From the NCBI GenBank assembly GCA_951406725.2, contig OX597816.1:79236001-79300000 (forward strand): DNA of 64,000 bases. The letters are read 5' to 3'. The stretch comes from Octopus vulgaris. Lineage: Eukaryota. The notes under the pieces are model-generated. The model did no database searches, had not been told where the DNA came from, and was given only the letters and a program-made list of their open reading frames with translations. Position numbers and translations under genes: made by a program. How positions within the stretch are numbered: position 1 is the stretch's first letter; every line of letters starts with the position of its first letter. Shown here piece after piece: positions 25,701 to 37,921 of the stretch.

Positions 25701-25864
25701 ACACCCTAGCGGTTGAGGGAACCTGTGGAAGAGGCAGACCCAGGAAAACCTGGGACGAGGTGGTGAAGCACGACCTTCGAACTTTAGGTCTCACTGAGGA
25801 AATGACTAGAGACCAAGACCTCTGGAAGTATTCTGTGCATGAGAAGACCCGGCAGGACAAGTGA
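22736..25864 (+). pseudogene. RTE ORF (APE endonuclease-reverse transcriptase) in a single frame with three nonsense codons (about 23534, 23810, 24824)
   Basis: ORFs starting at 22736, 23999 and 24968 share one frame; no frameshift seen. Confidence 0.9.
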
Positions 25865-26023
25865 GACCATAACCCGTGGCCTTCTACATGGGATGTAGCC
25901 AGACCACTTATGCATACCTTCCCTTCTTGGGACACAAAACTCTACTTGTGAAGACCTGTTGAGGCAAGTGAGAATCAGAATCAGAATCGAAATCGATCAA
26001 TGGAAATTGCAGCTGAGTTACCA

Positions 26024-26350
26024 GTGCCGGTGGCACGTAAGAGAGCCATCCGAACGTGGCCGTTGCCAGCACCGCCCCAACTGGCCTTGTGCCGGTGGTA
26101 CGTAAAAAGCACCATCCGTTCGTGGCCATTGCCAGCGCCGCCCTGACTGGCCTCGTGCCGGTGGCACGTAAAAAGCACCATCCGTTTGTGGCCATTGCCA
26201 GCCTCGACTGGCCCCCGTGCCGGTGGCACGTAAAAAGCACCATCCATTCGTGGCCGTTGCCAGCCTCACCTGGTCCCCGTGCTGGTGGCACATAAAAAGT
26301 ACCATCCGATCATGGCTGTTTGCCAGACTCGTCTGGCACATAAAAAGCAC
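26024..26350 (+). repeat. Tandem repeat of about 62-66 bp (about 5 copies) in the RTE 3'UTR
   Basis: GTGCCGGTGGCACGTAAAAAGCACCATCCGTTCGTGGCC unit recurs; fewer copies in the 12890-13400 copy. Confidence 0.9.
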
Positions 26351-26507
26351 CCACTACACTCATGGAGTGGTTGGCGTTAGGAAGGGCATCCAGCTGTTGA
26401 AACATTGCCAGATCAAACTGGGCCTGGTGCAGCCTTCTGGCTTCCCAGACCCCAGTTGAACCGTCCAACCCATGCTAGCATGGAATGCGGATGCTAAACG
26501 ACGATGA

Positions 26508-26585
26508 TGATGATGATGATGATATATAAATTAAATTAGAGATAAAACCACTATTAGGCAAATCAAACAGTGAAAAGCATAAACA

Positions 26586-26638
<53 letters not shown>

Positions 26639-26731
26639 TAATAAATATAAATATGTTTATGCTTTTCACTGTTTGATTTGCCTAATAGTGGTTTTATCTC
26701 TAATTTAATTTATATATCATCATCATCATCA
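26508..26731. repeat. Perfect inverted repeat (arms about 87 bp) with a TA-rich spacer
   Basis: 26508-26594 equals the reverse complement of 26645-26731, including the (GAT)5/(ATC)5 ends. Confidence 0.92.
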
Positions 26732-26954
26732 GGCAATAACCTCGAAACCGGTCCGTGTGTAGTATCCGTATCTTCGGGGAGGCTGATCTCCCTTTGCAGG
26801 CTGGCAAGGACACCGAGATGGTGTCAGCTCTTCTGGTGACGTTGATGTTCGCCTGGGGCTAAATGCATCAGTAACACCCCCACCACCCCGCCCTGACCCT
26901 AGCCACATTCAGATGGCTGATACCCCTTATGTTTTATATATATATATATATATC

Positions 26955-27020
26955 TTACAAATAACAAAATGGAGAAACAATTTAGTTGGCTCATCAGCTT
27001 TCGGATATTAGAATGTTGAC

Positions 27021-27057
<37 letters not shown>

Positions 27058-27550
27058 AAAAACGAGAATCCTAATAACATACATATATACATTATAATTC
27101 AATACATATAAGATAAAAATACAATTATAAAAATCTTAATATAAATTATTGAAATCATTAAAATCACTGTTAAAGCTGTTTCAGCCTATGGAAAAAAAGT
27201 AATTTTTCAGTGCCTATAGTTGTCAATTATATTGAGGTTGTAGGCATTTAAAAATAGGGTACTTATATATAACCATAGGCCTCATCAGAGATTATAAAGA
27301 AATTTCAAAATATAAATACATGAAACAGGATGCACGTATAATTTAATATATTTAAATATAAACAAATATCCATATACACATACACACACATATATATATA
27401 TATACATACATAAGCAAAGTATATACACCTTTACATGTGTATAAATACATAAATAAGCACAATTAAACAATAGGTCCAAGCAAATAGACCATTCGTCATA
27501 TACATATATATATACATACGTCCATGCTCATGACTACATACACAATATTT
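26955..27550 (-). mobile_element. Degenerate Penelope-like pseudo-LTR with a hammerhead-like motif
   Basis: Minus strand CTGATGA-GGCCTATGG...CCATAGGCT-GAAACAGC at 27165-27293; abuts (TA)n. Confidence 0.45.
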
Positions 27551-27559
27551 AATTATTAC

Positions 27560-27587
27560 TAATATTATTACTATTATTATTATTATG

Positions 27588-27619
<32 letters not shown>

Positions 27620-27761
27620 CATTATCATTCTTCGTCTTCTTCTTCTTCTTCTTCTTCTTCTTCTTCTTCTTCTTCTTCTTCTTCTTCTCCTTCTCCTTCT
27701 CCTCCTCCTCCTCCTCCTCCTCCTCCTCCTCCTCCTCCTCCTCCTCCTTCTTCTTCTTCTT

Positions 27762-27792
<31 letters not shown>

Positions 27793-27817
27793 TTTCTTCT
27801 TCTTCTTCTTCTTCTTC

Positions 27818-27855
<38 letters not shown>
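27560..27855. repeat. Compound trinucleotide microsatellite (ATT)-(CTT)-(CCT)-(CTT)-(ATT)
   Basis: Direct reading. Confidence 0.97.
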
Positions 27856-27856
<1 letters not shown>

Positions 27857-28009
27857 TTATCAATAATAACAATATAATTAAATTTAGAGTAACCTTCACT
27901 TCACAATACATATTATAGTAGATTCCAATATATCATATATTACAATACAATATAAACAATTCAGTACGGTAGATTTAATTTTATAAATTTTAAAACCACA
28001 ATGAATACA

Positions 28010-28052
<43 letters not shown>

Positions 28053-28494
28053 ATACAGTTAGACCAGGGTTGTTACAATATTGTTCTTCTTCGTACACAG
28101 AAGTCCATGCGTATGGGCAACAAATAGAAGCAACATGTACATATATATACATACATGCAAATATAACCAATATCTATATAAGGATTTTTTTTCTTTTCAT
28201 CACAGTTAAATTATACGTATATGTATGTTTATCCATCAATAATAAAAGGGTAAAATGAATTAATGAATTAATAATTTTATCAAGTAGTTTGTTATGTTAA
28301 AATAAGCTTTTTGGGTAACATTATACAAATATTCTATAATAATGAGCATAATTATTAAAAAAAATTCAGTGTTACCGTCTGGGAGATATTTATAATAGCA
28401 AGAAAAGTATTTTGACTGCTATTTCTAAATTTGGTGCATGGTGAATCAATTAGCTGACCCCTGATTATAATTATGCTTATAATTATAGAATATT

Positions 28495-28566
<72 letters not shown>

Positions 28567-28589
28567 TGTATGTATGTATGTATGTTTGT

Positions 28590-28925
28590 GTTTGTGTGCG
28601 TGTGTATATATGTATGTATGTTTATGTGTCCTTGTCTTGACATTGTGTAATGTTATAAGTGCGTGTCATTATATTCCAGTATTCTGTGAATACATGCCTG
28701 ACCATGTGGAAAATATCACCTTGCTTAGAAATAGCTAAGGTTTGGTAACAGGAAGGCATCCAGTTGCAAGAAAATCTTCTTCAATGAATTTTATCCAACA
28801 CACATAGACATGGAAAAGAGAACATGAAAGTGATGATGATGATGATGATAATGATGATGATGACGACGATGATGATGATGATGACGACAACGATGATGAC
28901 AATGTAGGTGATGGTGATGGTGGTG
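28590..28925 (+). mobile_element. Decayed SINE with RTE-like tail and (GAT)n
   Basis: CAGGAAGGCATCCAG...CATGGAAAAG then GAT repeats. Confidence 0.55.
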
Positions 28926-29199
28926 ATACAGAGTAATACAGGGAGTATGATGAGAGAAATATGTAATGTAGAGTGGACTATAACAGAATGTAAGGGAAGG
29001 CAACTGAGTAGAGAGAGGGTGTGTGATGGAGAGATTAGTGACAAAGAGATGAAACTGTATCATGGTAAAGAGACAGATGCTTAACAAGAGTATGCACTTC
29101 AGGTCATAGATCCAGAGAACAGTTGATGAAGGTTTAACAAAGATATTTTCCATAGCAAGTCTACAAACCCCAGCCTCCATCACTATCATAATTTTAACA

Positions 29200-30780
29200 T
29201 TCACTATATCATGCTTGTATAAGTAACTGGATCTTCTCTAGTGCTGTGTGCTGTGAATCACTGACTTTTTTCCATACCCTTCTAGGGGCTCAGCACCTTA
29301 AGATCAATATTAACCAGACCATCCCAAGTTTTCTACTTTCATGTCTTTCACAGGTTTGATTTGCTTTGTGTACTCTGCATTCTTTTATACAGCTGTCATC
29401 ATCCTATACCATTGTTGTCTTCTCTAATGCACACTTGTTCTGATTCCTCTTGTATTCAATATTTCTTTCAGCTTATTTGTGCTTTATTGTTCATGTACAC
29501 TAACACTACTCATCCAATAGATCCTGTTCATTAAGGCGAAGAACTTGCAGAAGCGTTAGCACACCGGGTGAAATGCTTAGCATTATTTCATGTCTTTATG
29601 TTCTGAGTTCAAATTCCGCCGAGGTCAACTTTGCCTTTCATCCTTTTGGGGTCGACAAATTACATACCAGTTGCATACTTGTGTCAATCTAATCGACTGG
29701 CCCTCTCACCAAAAATTTCAGCCCTTGTGTCTAGAGTAGAAAAGAACAGATCATGTTCATTTTATTTCTTTCCAGGCTTTACAACTCTGATTTCAAGGCC
29801 AATATTCTGCTATTATACAGTATCTCACTTCATGCACAAGCATCATACTGTTTGCTCTTTACTCAGCAAGAGAATCCCTTTATTAAGCAGTAGTTCCTTG
29901 AACGTTTTCCAGCCTGTCTTTATTCCTCTGACTATTATGTTTATGGAGCAACTCCTCCATAGCTACTTAAGTCACCTAGTTAACAAAAGTTATCAACTAC
30001 TTTTAAGGAGCTGTCAGGGCTTCTAAAAAACAATTATTTTATGGGTGCTCCTAATGCTTACTGCTTCTGAACAGTCCACCACTTAGAGTCTTCTTTTTCT
30101 GTCAGCCTGCTTGTGAGTTCACAATGTCTTTTATGCTTCCATAGCTTATACTGGACACACTGAGCAGAGTTTTTACTTTACCATTTTCTATATAAAGAGC
30201 ATAGCAATTTCCTTAACTACTGCAAGTCTTGCCTTCTTTTCTACAAATTAATGATTTAGTCTTTGCTAAATTTACTGTAAAGCCTCCTGTTTCTAGGTAT
30301 GGAATTTCTTCTCTCTTCCTTAAAATTTAGCAATAAAATTAGGTCCATCAGCATATAGGAGTTCCCATGGACAGCTGCTACTGAACTCCTTTGTTAAGGC
30401 TTGGAGGACTATGATAAATAAAAGAAACTAAGAACTAAGCTTTGATGTTCTTCACCGTACTCATTGCTAACTCTCACTTTGCTGACTGTATCTCTGTACA
30501 TGGCTTACATGACTCTTGTGAGGCATTCATTCATTTACCCCTACTTTCCTTAATGACTATCAGAATACAAAACACTGAACCTTGTGAAATGCTTTCTCAA
30601 GGTTGACAGATGCTAGGTACAGTGGTTTACTTTTATCCATGTACTTTTCCTACAGTTATATCATAGGAAGATAGCATCAGTTGTACCTCTCCCTAGTATA
30701 AAGTTGAATTGCATTTCAACTAGGTTTATTCTCTTCCAGATCAATTGTGTTATAATCTTTTCAGTAGCCTTTATAAGTGT
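29200..30780 (-). mobile_element. Highly decayed RTE LINE fragment
   Basis: Reverse complement resembles QEKY.DKSKPLYLA.V.LEKAF (30590-30650) and CPWELLYAD (30345-30375). Confidence 0.7.
29533..29747 (+). mobile_element. Nin/Deu-type tRNA SINE inserted in the RTE fragment
   Basis: TSD AGATCCTGTTCATT / AGATCATGTTCATT; GTTCAAATTCC B-box. Confidence 0.85.
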
Positions 30781-31105
30781 TGGGTCCCACAGAGGTGATG
30801 ACAAGTGATTGAGATCTTAGGTGATTTGCTGTGCTTAAGAAGATTCATCAAGCCAAGTGAAATCATAATTGGGGCTGGTGTCAGTGACACATAACATCTG
30901 TGCTGGTTACGTGTAAAAGCACTCGTGCTGGTGACGCATAAAAGGCACCCACTACACTAGGAGTGGTTGGCATTAGGAAGGGCATTCAGCCATAGAAACC
31001 AAGCCCAAATCAGACTGGAACCTAATGCAGCTCTGGCTTATCAGTTCCAGTCAAACCATCTAACCCAAGCCAGTATGGAAAGCAGACATTAAATGATGAT
31101 GATGG
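30780..31105 (+). mobile_element. RTE 3'UTR fragment with (GAT)n tail
   Basis: Similar to 12950-13400. Confidence 0.75.
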
Positions 31106-31704
31106 TGTATGTGATATTCTGATATGTATCTCCTTTTGATATTTGTAAATGTCTATTTTCTCACACATAACCTCAACAAGCTAGATGACCTACATTTTCA
31201 GAGAGAATATTTCAGCCAGCAGTCCAACACTGGCCATCCTATTTCTTATGTTGCTATGTATCATGCCTGTTATATCCTTGTTATGTTCTTAGTTATTCAA
31301 ATGAAGATTGAAGGACATCTCACCTTTAATTTTAGTGCCTGAGAAACACACCTTTGTCATTTCATATAAGGAGTAACCACAATATGATTATTCTCTCTAG
31401 AGTGAACAGAAAAATTAAAGAAGTATAGAAATGTATGAAAGAGATAAAGAATTTCATCAAACTACCTCAGCATTCTCCAAAGAGAAAAACAATATGTAAG
31501 ATATATAGTTTGGTTCAAATAACTAAAATTAGTACTGAATCTATGAGGCATATGTATAACCACTAATTACTTTGATTGACTATATGTGCCCTGTAAATAT
31601 TTCCTGCGGTAAGTGAAGCACTCTTCACAAAAAACAAAAAATGAAAAAAACAAACAAATAAATAAAATTCTAAAATAGACACTTCTTAACCATTTCCTTT
31701 ATAC

Positions 31705-32092
31705 AGGTGCAGGAGTGGCTGTGTGGTAAGAAACTTGCTTCTCAACCACATGGTTCTGGGTTCAGTCCCACCTTGGGCAAGCATCTTCTACTATAGCCTC
31801 ACACAAAGCCTTGTGTGTGGATTTGGTCGACAGAAACTGAAAGAAGCCCATCATATATATGTATGTATATATGTGTTTGTATTTGTTATTTGTGTCTGTG
31901 CTTGTCCCCCAACTATCGCTTGACAACTGATGTTGGTGTGTTTATGTCCCCCATAACTTAGCGATTCAGCAAAAGGAGTCCAATAGAATAAGTACTAGGC
32001 ATACAAGGAATAAGTCCTGGGGTCGATTTGTTCAACTAAAGGTGGTGCTCCAGCATGGCCACAGTCAAATGACTGAAAGAAATAAACGAATA
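31705..32092 (+). mobile_element. tRNA-derived SINE (family 2)
   Basis: TGGCTGTGTGGTAAG A-box, GGTTCAGTCC B-box; similar to 41012-41385. Confidence 0.8.
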
Positions 32093-32489
32093 GGCTGTAA
32101 AATAAAACCTTGAAATTGTACCAAGATTATGCCTTTGAAAATTATTGGATCTTTATCTCTTCATTGTAGTTTGCAGCTCAGTATACCTTTTGCTTTTTGA
32201 CTATTTTCACACTTTAGACTGTCTATGCTGAAGAATTGTCTTGAAGGGTTAAGTCAAATAAATTGAACTGAGTACTTAATTTAAGTCTGGAACTTATTCG
32301 GTTGGTCTCTTTTTGCTGAGCTGCTAAGTTACAGAACACTAAACAAAGCTGTTGTTAAGCAGTGGTCGGGCACAAAAACAAACACAAAGATACATACACA
32401 CATAGACATATGAGACACAAACTATGTGTCAATAGACAGCTGGAAAATATATATATATATTTTCACACACATACACACACACATATATA

Positions 32490-32690
32490 TGCTTTTCTAC
32501 TCTAGGCACAAGGCTCAAAATTTTGGAGGAGGTGGGGTGGGCCAGTCGGTTAGATCAACCCCAGTATGCCACTGGTACTTAATTTATCGACTCCGAAAAG
32601 ACGAAAGGCAAAGTCAACCTTGGCAGAATTTGAACTCAGAACGTAAAGACATGAAATTCTGCTAAGCATTTCACCCAGCATGCTAAAAAT
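32490..32690 (-). mobile_element. Nin/Deu-type SINE
   Basis: Similar to 11780-11999. Confidence 0.8.
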
Positions 32691-32779
32691 TAATAATGAT
32701 AATAATGAAGAACCAAGTTAATTATCAGAATAAGACCGAAGAACAAAGTAATCTTTTGGAAGTAGACTCAATGGAAAAA

Positions 32780-33875
32780 CAAAATCAGGGGAATGAACAC
32801 ATGGGCTGAACACATCGCAGGTGTTTTTAGGTGGACGAAGAATGAGTTTGAGGAAATGGACAAGGAAACTAGAAAAGTGATGACCATTAACAGAACTACA
32901 CTCCAAAAGCAATTCTGACAAGCTGTATGTGCCCAGAAGCAGGGGAGAAAGAGGTCTCATAGGATGCAAGATCAGTTTTGCCAATGAGAACAGTCTAGGT
33001 TGGTACATCAAACAGCAGAGTGAATTCTTGCTTGTTGCTGTTAGAATTAATAATACAATACCTACCAAAAATGTGATGCAGCCACAAACATTTAAGCAAG
33101 ATGAAGAAGAAAGAGTAAACAACTGGAAAATGAAACCTCTGCATGGCTAATACCTGAGAGAAATTGAAGGAAAAAACAAGACCAACACTTGGAGATGGCT
33201 AAGAAAAAATGATATGAAAGGATGCACCAAGGCATTGATATGCAGCACCCAGGAACAAGCTCTGAGAACTAATTACACAAAGTTCCAAACAAATAAGAGT
33301 AGCAAATCTCCCCTTTGTAGGATGTGTGGTAACAGAAATGAAACAGTCTCACATATTGTGAGTGTGTGTAGCAAGCTAGCCCAAAAGCACTACAAAAGGA
33401 GGCATGATAACGTGGCTATGTTCGTCCACTGGAGGGTATGTGAAAAATATGGCCTGAGCAGAGCAGAGAAATTGTACGAACATGAGGAAGAAGGTGTCAC
33501 CAAGAACAAGGAACATAAGATATTGTGGGATTTTACAACCCAATGTGACTCCCTAATCGAGGCTCAGAGATCAGATATTGTTGTGGTAGATAAAGAAAAA
33601 AAGAAAACCAAGATCACAGATATTGCAACACCTGGAGATGCGCATGTAAGTGACAAAGAACTAGAAAAGATTGAAGAGTACAGACTACTAAAAGATGAAA
33701 TTGCAAGAATGTGGAATATGGGGAGAGGGTCTGTCATTCCAGTAGTTGTTGGGGCACTTGGAGCACTAACAACCAAGTTTGAGAAATAAGTCAAAGAAAT
33801 CAGAATTGACATGAGAGAAGAGCAAGCCCCAAAACTGTTCTGCTGGGGACAGCTAGGATTTTGAGATTGGTACTT
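32780..33875 (+). mobile_element. R4/Dong-clade RLE non-LTR retrotransposon, 3' fragment
   Basis: LYVPRSRGERGL, QEQALRTNY, CRMCGNRNETVSHIVSVC, RRHDNVA, ILWDF, SDIVVVDK, EKIEEY. Confidence 0.85.
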
Positions 33876-34459
33876 GTTGAATGTCTCCAACAATAATTAA
33901 CAACGAAGTATCAGAGCTTATAATGTGCGGAAAGAGACCCTGTGAGACTTCTTACAGCCGGCTGCTGTCGTCTCACAGAATCTACCAGAACAAACAGGAC
34001 CAAATGTTCTGTGAAGTAAAACAACAGCAACAACAACAACAAAAATAATAATAATCCAACCCATGCTAGCATGGAAAGCGGACGTTAAACGATGATGATG
34101 ATAATGATGATGATGAAGGTGAAAAGATAGATAAATACAACCCTCATAAGTACGAAGTAGCCTGACTATGGAAAATGAAGAAAGTGAAGATAGTGCCATT
34201 ATTGATGGATCTTTGGGAACAGTATCAGAAGGCATCAAGGAGAATATAAAGGAAACTAGAATTGAGTACCTAGTACCTAGTTACAAAAGTCTTCTCTCCT
34301 AGAATAATCAGGAAAGTATTAGACAGCTGAAAAGAACAGATAGCATGGTACCATGGGCTGCAGGTAGAAAATCCACTATGCATGCAAGACTCCAGGAGCT
34401 CCAGCAAAACCTGTGACAAAGAGAAATAATGATGATGATGATGATGATGACGATGATGA

Positions 34460-35588
34460 TTTGAAGAAGAAAAGGAAGTTGCTGACTAGATATGGGATAC
34501 TCCACCCAAGAAGTGACACAGACAGACTGTATGTACCAAAAAAAAAAGGGGGAAGAGGACTTATAGGATGTGAACACAGCATTAGAGCAGAAGAAAACAA
34601 GATAGCATGGTATGTAAAAAATGTCACAGAACTGCTATTATTGGAAGTAAGACGGTCAGGCTTGTGCAGGATGGAAGATTGCAAAGATAAAGCACTACAC
34701 AAGCACTTGAGAATGAATGAAACTGAAAATAGGTAAATAAAGAAAAGAATGCATGGACAATTTCATAGGGATTTTGAAGACAAAACAGACAAAGAAATAA
34801 AGATGACTATGAATGACTAAAAGTAATTTAAAACCAGAAACAGAGGTTCTAATATGTGCTTCCCAAGAGCAAGCATTAAGAACCAATTACATCACATACA
34901 GAATAGACAACACATCAGAAAGTGATAAGTGCAGAATTTGTGGACAAAATAGTGAAACCCTATGGCATATTACCAGTCAATGTATGCTACTAGCCTAGAA
35001 GGAATATAAAAGACATCATGACAACATAGCAAGGATTGTCCATCGGACACTTTGCAATGAGTATGTACTTGACAGAGCAAAAAGGTGGTAAAAGCATAAA
35101 CCTGAAGGCATAATCGAAAATGATAACGCAAAGAGCCTACGGGATTTTATGATTCAATGTGACCATGAGATAGAGAATAGGAAACCAGACATAGGCTTAA
35201 TTGAGAAAGAAAGCAAACGATGTTGGATCATAAATATAGCATGCCCAGCTGACAACAGGGTGTGCAATAAGGAAGAAAGAAAAGTCGCTAGATATGACAG
35301 GTTAGCTTGGGGGGTGGGAGCTAAGCAGTTGAGGTCACTGAAAAAAGTGGTAGTAGTACTAATAATTGTCTGAGCCCTGGGAACAGTGAGTAAAAATCTT
35401 GAGAAGTTATATGGAACAAATAGGGGCTGTAATAAGGGTGGAGCACTTACAGAAAATAGCACTGCTTGGAACCACTTGAATACTCCAGATGGTGCTCGAA
35501 ATTTAAGGGGTGTCACTTTAGTTCCCTGGTAGTGAACAGCTGACACTGTAGTACATCTCCAGCATTAGAAGCTGTGCAAAGACATTAA

Positions 35589-35590
<2 letters not shown>
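34460..35590 (+). mobile_element. R4/Dong-clade RLE fragment between (GAT)n and (TAA)n
   Basis: HPRSDTDRLYVPKKKGGRGL, SQEQALRTNY, CRICGQNSETLWHITSQC, RKPDIGLI. Confidence 0.85.
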
Positions 35591-35619
<29 letters not shown>

Positions 35620-35620
<1 letters not shown>

Positions 35621-36060
35621 TCTCTCTAACTTAGGCATAAGGCCAGCAATGTTTGAGGGAATGGAGTAAATCACTTATATCAACTCTAATACTTGACTAG
35701 TACTAATTTTATCAACCTGAAAAGATGAAAAGCAATGTGAACCTAAGTGAAATCTGAATTTGGACTGTAAAATAAAGCTGGAAGTAATACTACTAAAATT
35801 TTTATCCGACATGCTAACCATTCTGACAGCACACAAACTCAATAACAACAACAACAATAGTAATCCCTCCCACTATAGGAACAAGGCCAGAATTTTAGTC
35901 AGAGGGGGATAGTCAATTACATCAACCTCAGTACTCAACTGGTACTTACTTTGACCTCAAAAGGATGAAAGGCAAAGTCAGCCTCGACAGCATTTGAACT
36001 CAGAATGTAAAAGCAGACCAAAGGCCACTTAGCATTTTGCTCAGCATGCTAATGATTCTG
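35620..36060 (-). mobile_element. Two decayed Nin/Deu-type SINEs
   Basis: GGATGAAAGGCAAAGTC...TTTGAACTCAGAA core. Confidence 0.7.
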
Positions 36061-36750
36061 ATGAGGTGCCAGTGTTTAGACTGTGGGTGTTTCCAGCTTG
36101 TTTTTTTGTCAGGTAGGGAGATGAAATAGGGAGTCAGTGATGATAAGTTCACGTCCAGTGCAAAGGTCCAGGAGGAGCTGGTGATTGGCATCGCATTTCC
36201 CAATGCTGTGATGGCCAAGAATGCCATTCCACAAACAATGGTCACTGCTGACTCTGCCATTAAAATCCCCCAAGAGGATGAGCTTGTCGTGCATGGGGAC
36301 TGTCTGGGTGATGTAGTCCAGCAGGCTGTAGAACAAAGCCTTGATGTTTTCAGATGTGAGGGTAGGGGCATACACAGAGATCAGCGTAAGGAATCTGTCC
36401 AGAATGAGTGGGATCCGAACAGTCATCAGGCGCTCATTGACGGCAGTTGGGATGAGTCTGTGTTGGTCCATGAATTGAGTTTTGATGGCAAGGCCAACTC
36501 CATGGATGCGTGGTTCATTAGGATTTTTCCTCCTCCAGAAGATGGTGCAGTGAAAACCAGCTTCTGTGATGCGGCCTTCTCCAGGAAGCCTAGTCTCACT
36601 CAAGGCTTCCACATTGATGCTGAAGAGGGCAAGTTCCTTGCAGGCGAGGACTGTATGTCGCTCTGGTCAATTAATGTCACTCTTGTCCTGGAGAGTGTGG
36701 ATGTTCCAGGCCCCGAAGATGAGAGGTTGTGAAACAGAGGATTTAGTAGA
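36061..36750 (-). mobile_element. RTE (BovB-like) APE endonuclease fragment
   Basis: ALSETRLPGEG, HGVGLAIK, ISVYAPT, LLGDFNGRV, SWKHPQSKHWHLI. Confidence 0.85.
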
Positions 36751-36774
36751 GGCCTTGTATCTATAGTAGAAAAG

Positions 36775-36814
36775 TTTATTATTATTATTATTATCATTAT
36801 TATTATTATTATTA

Positions 36815-36846
<32 letters not shown>

Positions 36847-36961
36847 GTTAATGTAATGTTGTCGTCATCATTATTATTATTATAATTATTAATTATTATT
36901 ATTATTATTATTATTGCTATTGTCATCGTTGTCCTCATTGTCATTATTATTATAATTATTA

Positions 36962-37025
<64 letters not shown>
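36775..37025. repeat. (ATT)n microsatellite
   Basis: Direct reading. Confidence 0.95.
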
Positions 37026-37026
<1 letters not shown>

Positions 37027-37921
37027 GGCAGTAAACTGGTAGAATCATTGCAATGGTGGATAAAAATGCAATGATGTCCTTGGGGAGACCATGGGCATCA
37101 ACAAAAATGAACTGGGTAGTCTATTCCATAGGACTTCCAGTTGGGTACTGCTACAGATAATTTTCAGATGTATTTGGCCTGGCAGTGCTATTGGGGTGGT
37201 GCTACTGGTTTGAGATAAACTCTACAGGCATGGATGTTCTGTCATTCAGGCTTGTCTGAGATGCTTGCAGAGCGACACAAAACCGTTCAGCCTGCACTTG
37301 TTTAGTGTTTGGGCATTGCTGACTTGTGGAGTTATATTGAACAGCTACTGTCCACATGTTGGATGGATTCATCTGTTGGTCAAATCCATAGTAATGATTG
37401 CCCCACCACTCTCATTTAATTAGGCAGGCAAGGCAATTTTCCTATGCCTGTTGGCTGTGGTGAAAGAGGTTGTCTGGTGGATGAGGCTGAAAGGAATGAG
37501 GACAGAGACATCCCTCTTTGGTAAATCCCTCATTATCTAAAGCGAGTGTGGAGAGGGAGGTGCTGTCCTCAAGTGGATTTATCATAACTGGGTGAAAATT
37601 GCAAAAATAACAAGAGTGGATGACAATGCTCTAAGTATAAACATGTGAGTAGGAGGAAAAGAGTTGGAGGGATCACTTGCCCTTGATATTCATGGAGATC
37701 TTGGATAGTGGTGTTCCTCAATTATACTTAGAGGTCTCCTGTGTCAGAAGGATTCCATCACTATAGCATTTTCCCCCCCTTAGTGTCATATACTATGTAG
37801 ACTTTTCTTTTAATGTATACTTATCCTTTTTTATCATTCCATTATATGTTTGTCTTTGGATTGTCACCCTCATCCTTTATCCTAGTGGTAAATAAAAGAA
37901 ATTATTATTATTATTATTATT

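Larger units (their letters stand above)
22541..26523 (+). mobile_element. Near full-length RTE-clade LINE with minisatellite-containing 3'UTR and (GAT)n tail
   Basis: APE (GTLNVGTL, GDFNGHVG, SQIDYIL) plus RT (KAPGPSG, NYRGIKLL, QFGFMPG, LYADDL), RGRPRKTW; 5' boundary approximate. Confidence 0.95.

Noticed and set aside
26024-26350. CRISPR-like array
   Set aside because: Units are contiguous homologous repeats without unique spacers, inside a LINE 3'UTR in eukaryotic DNA
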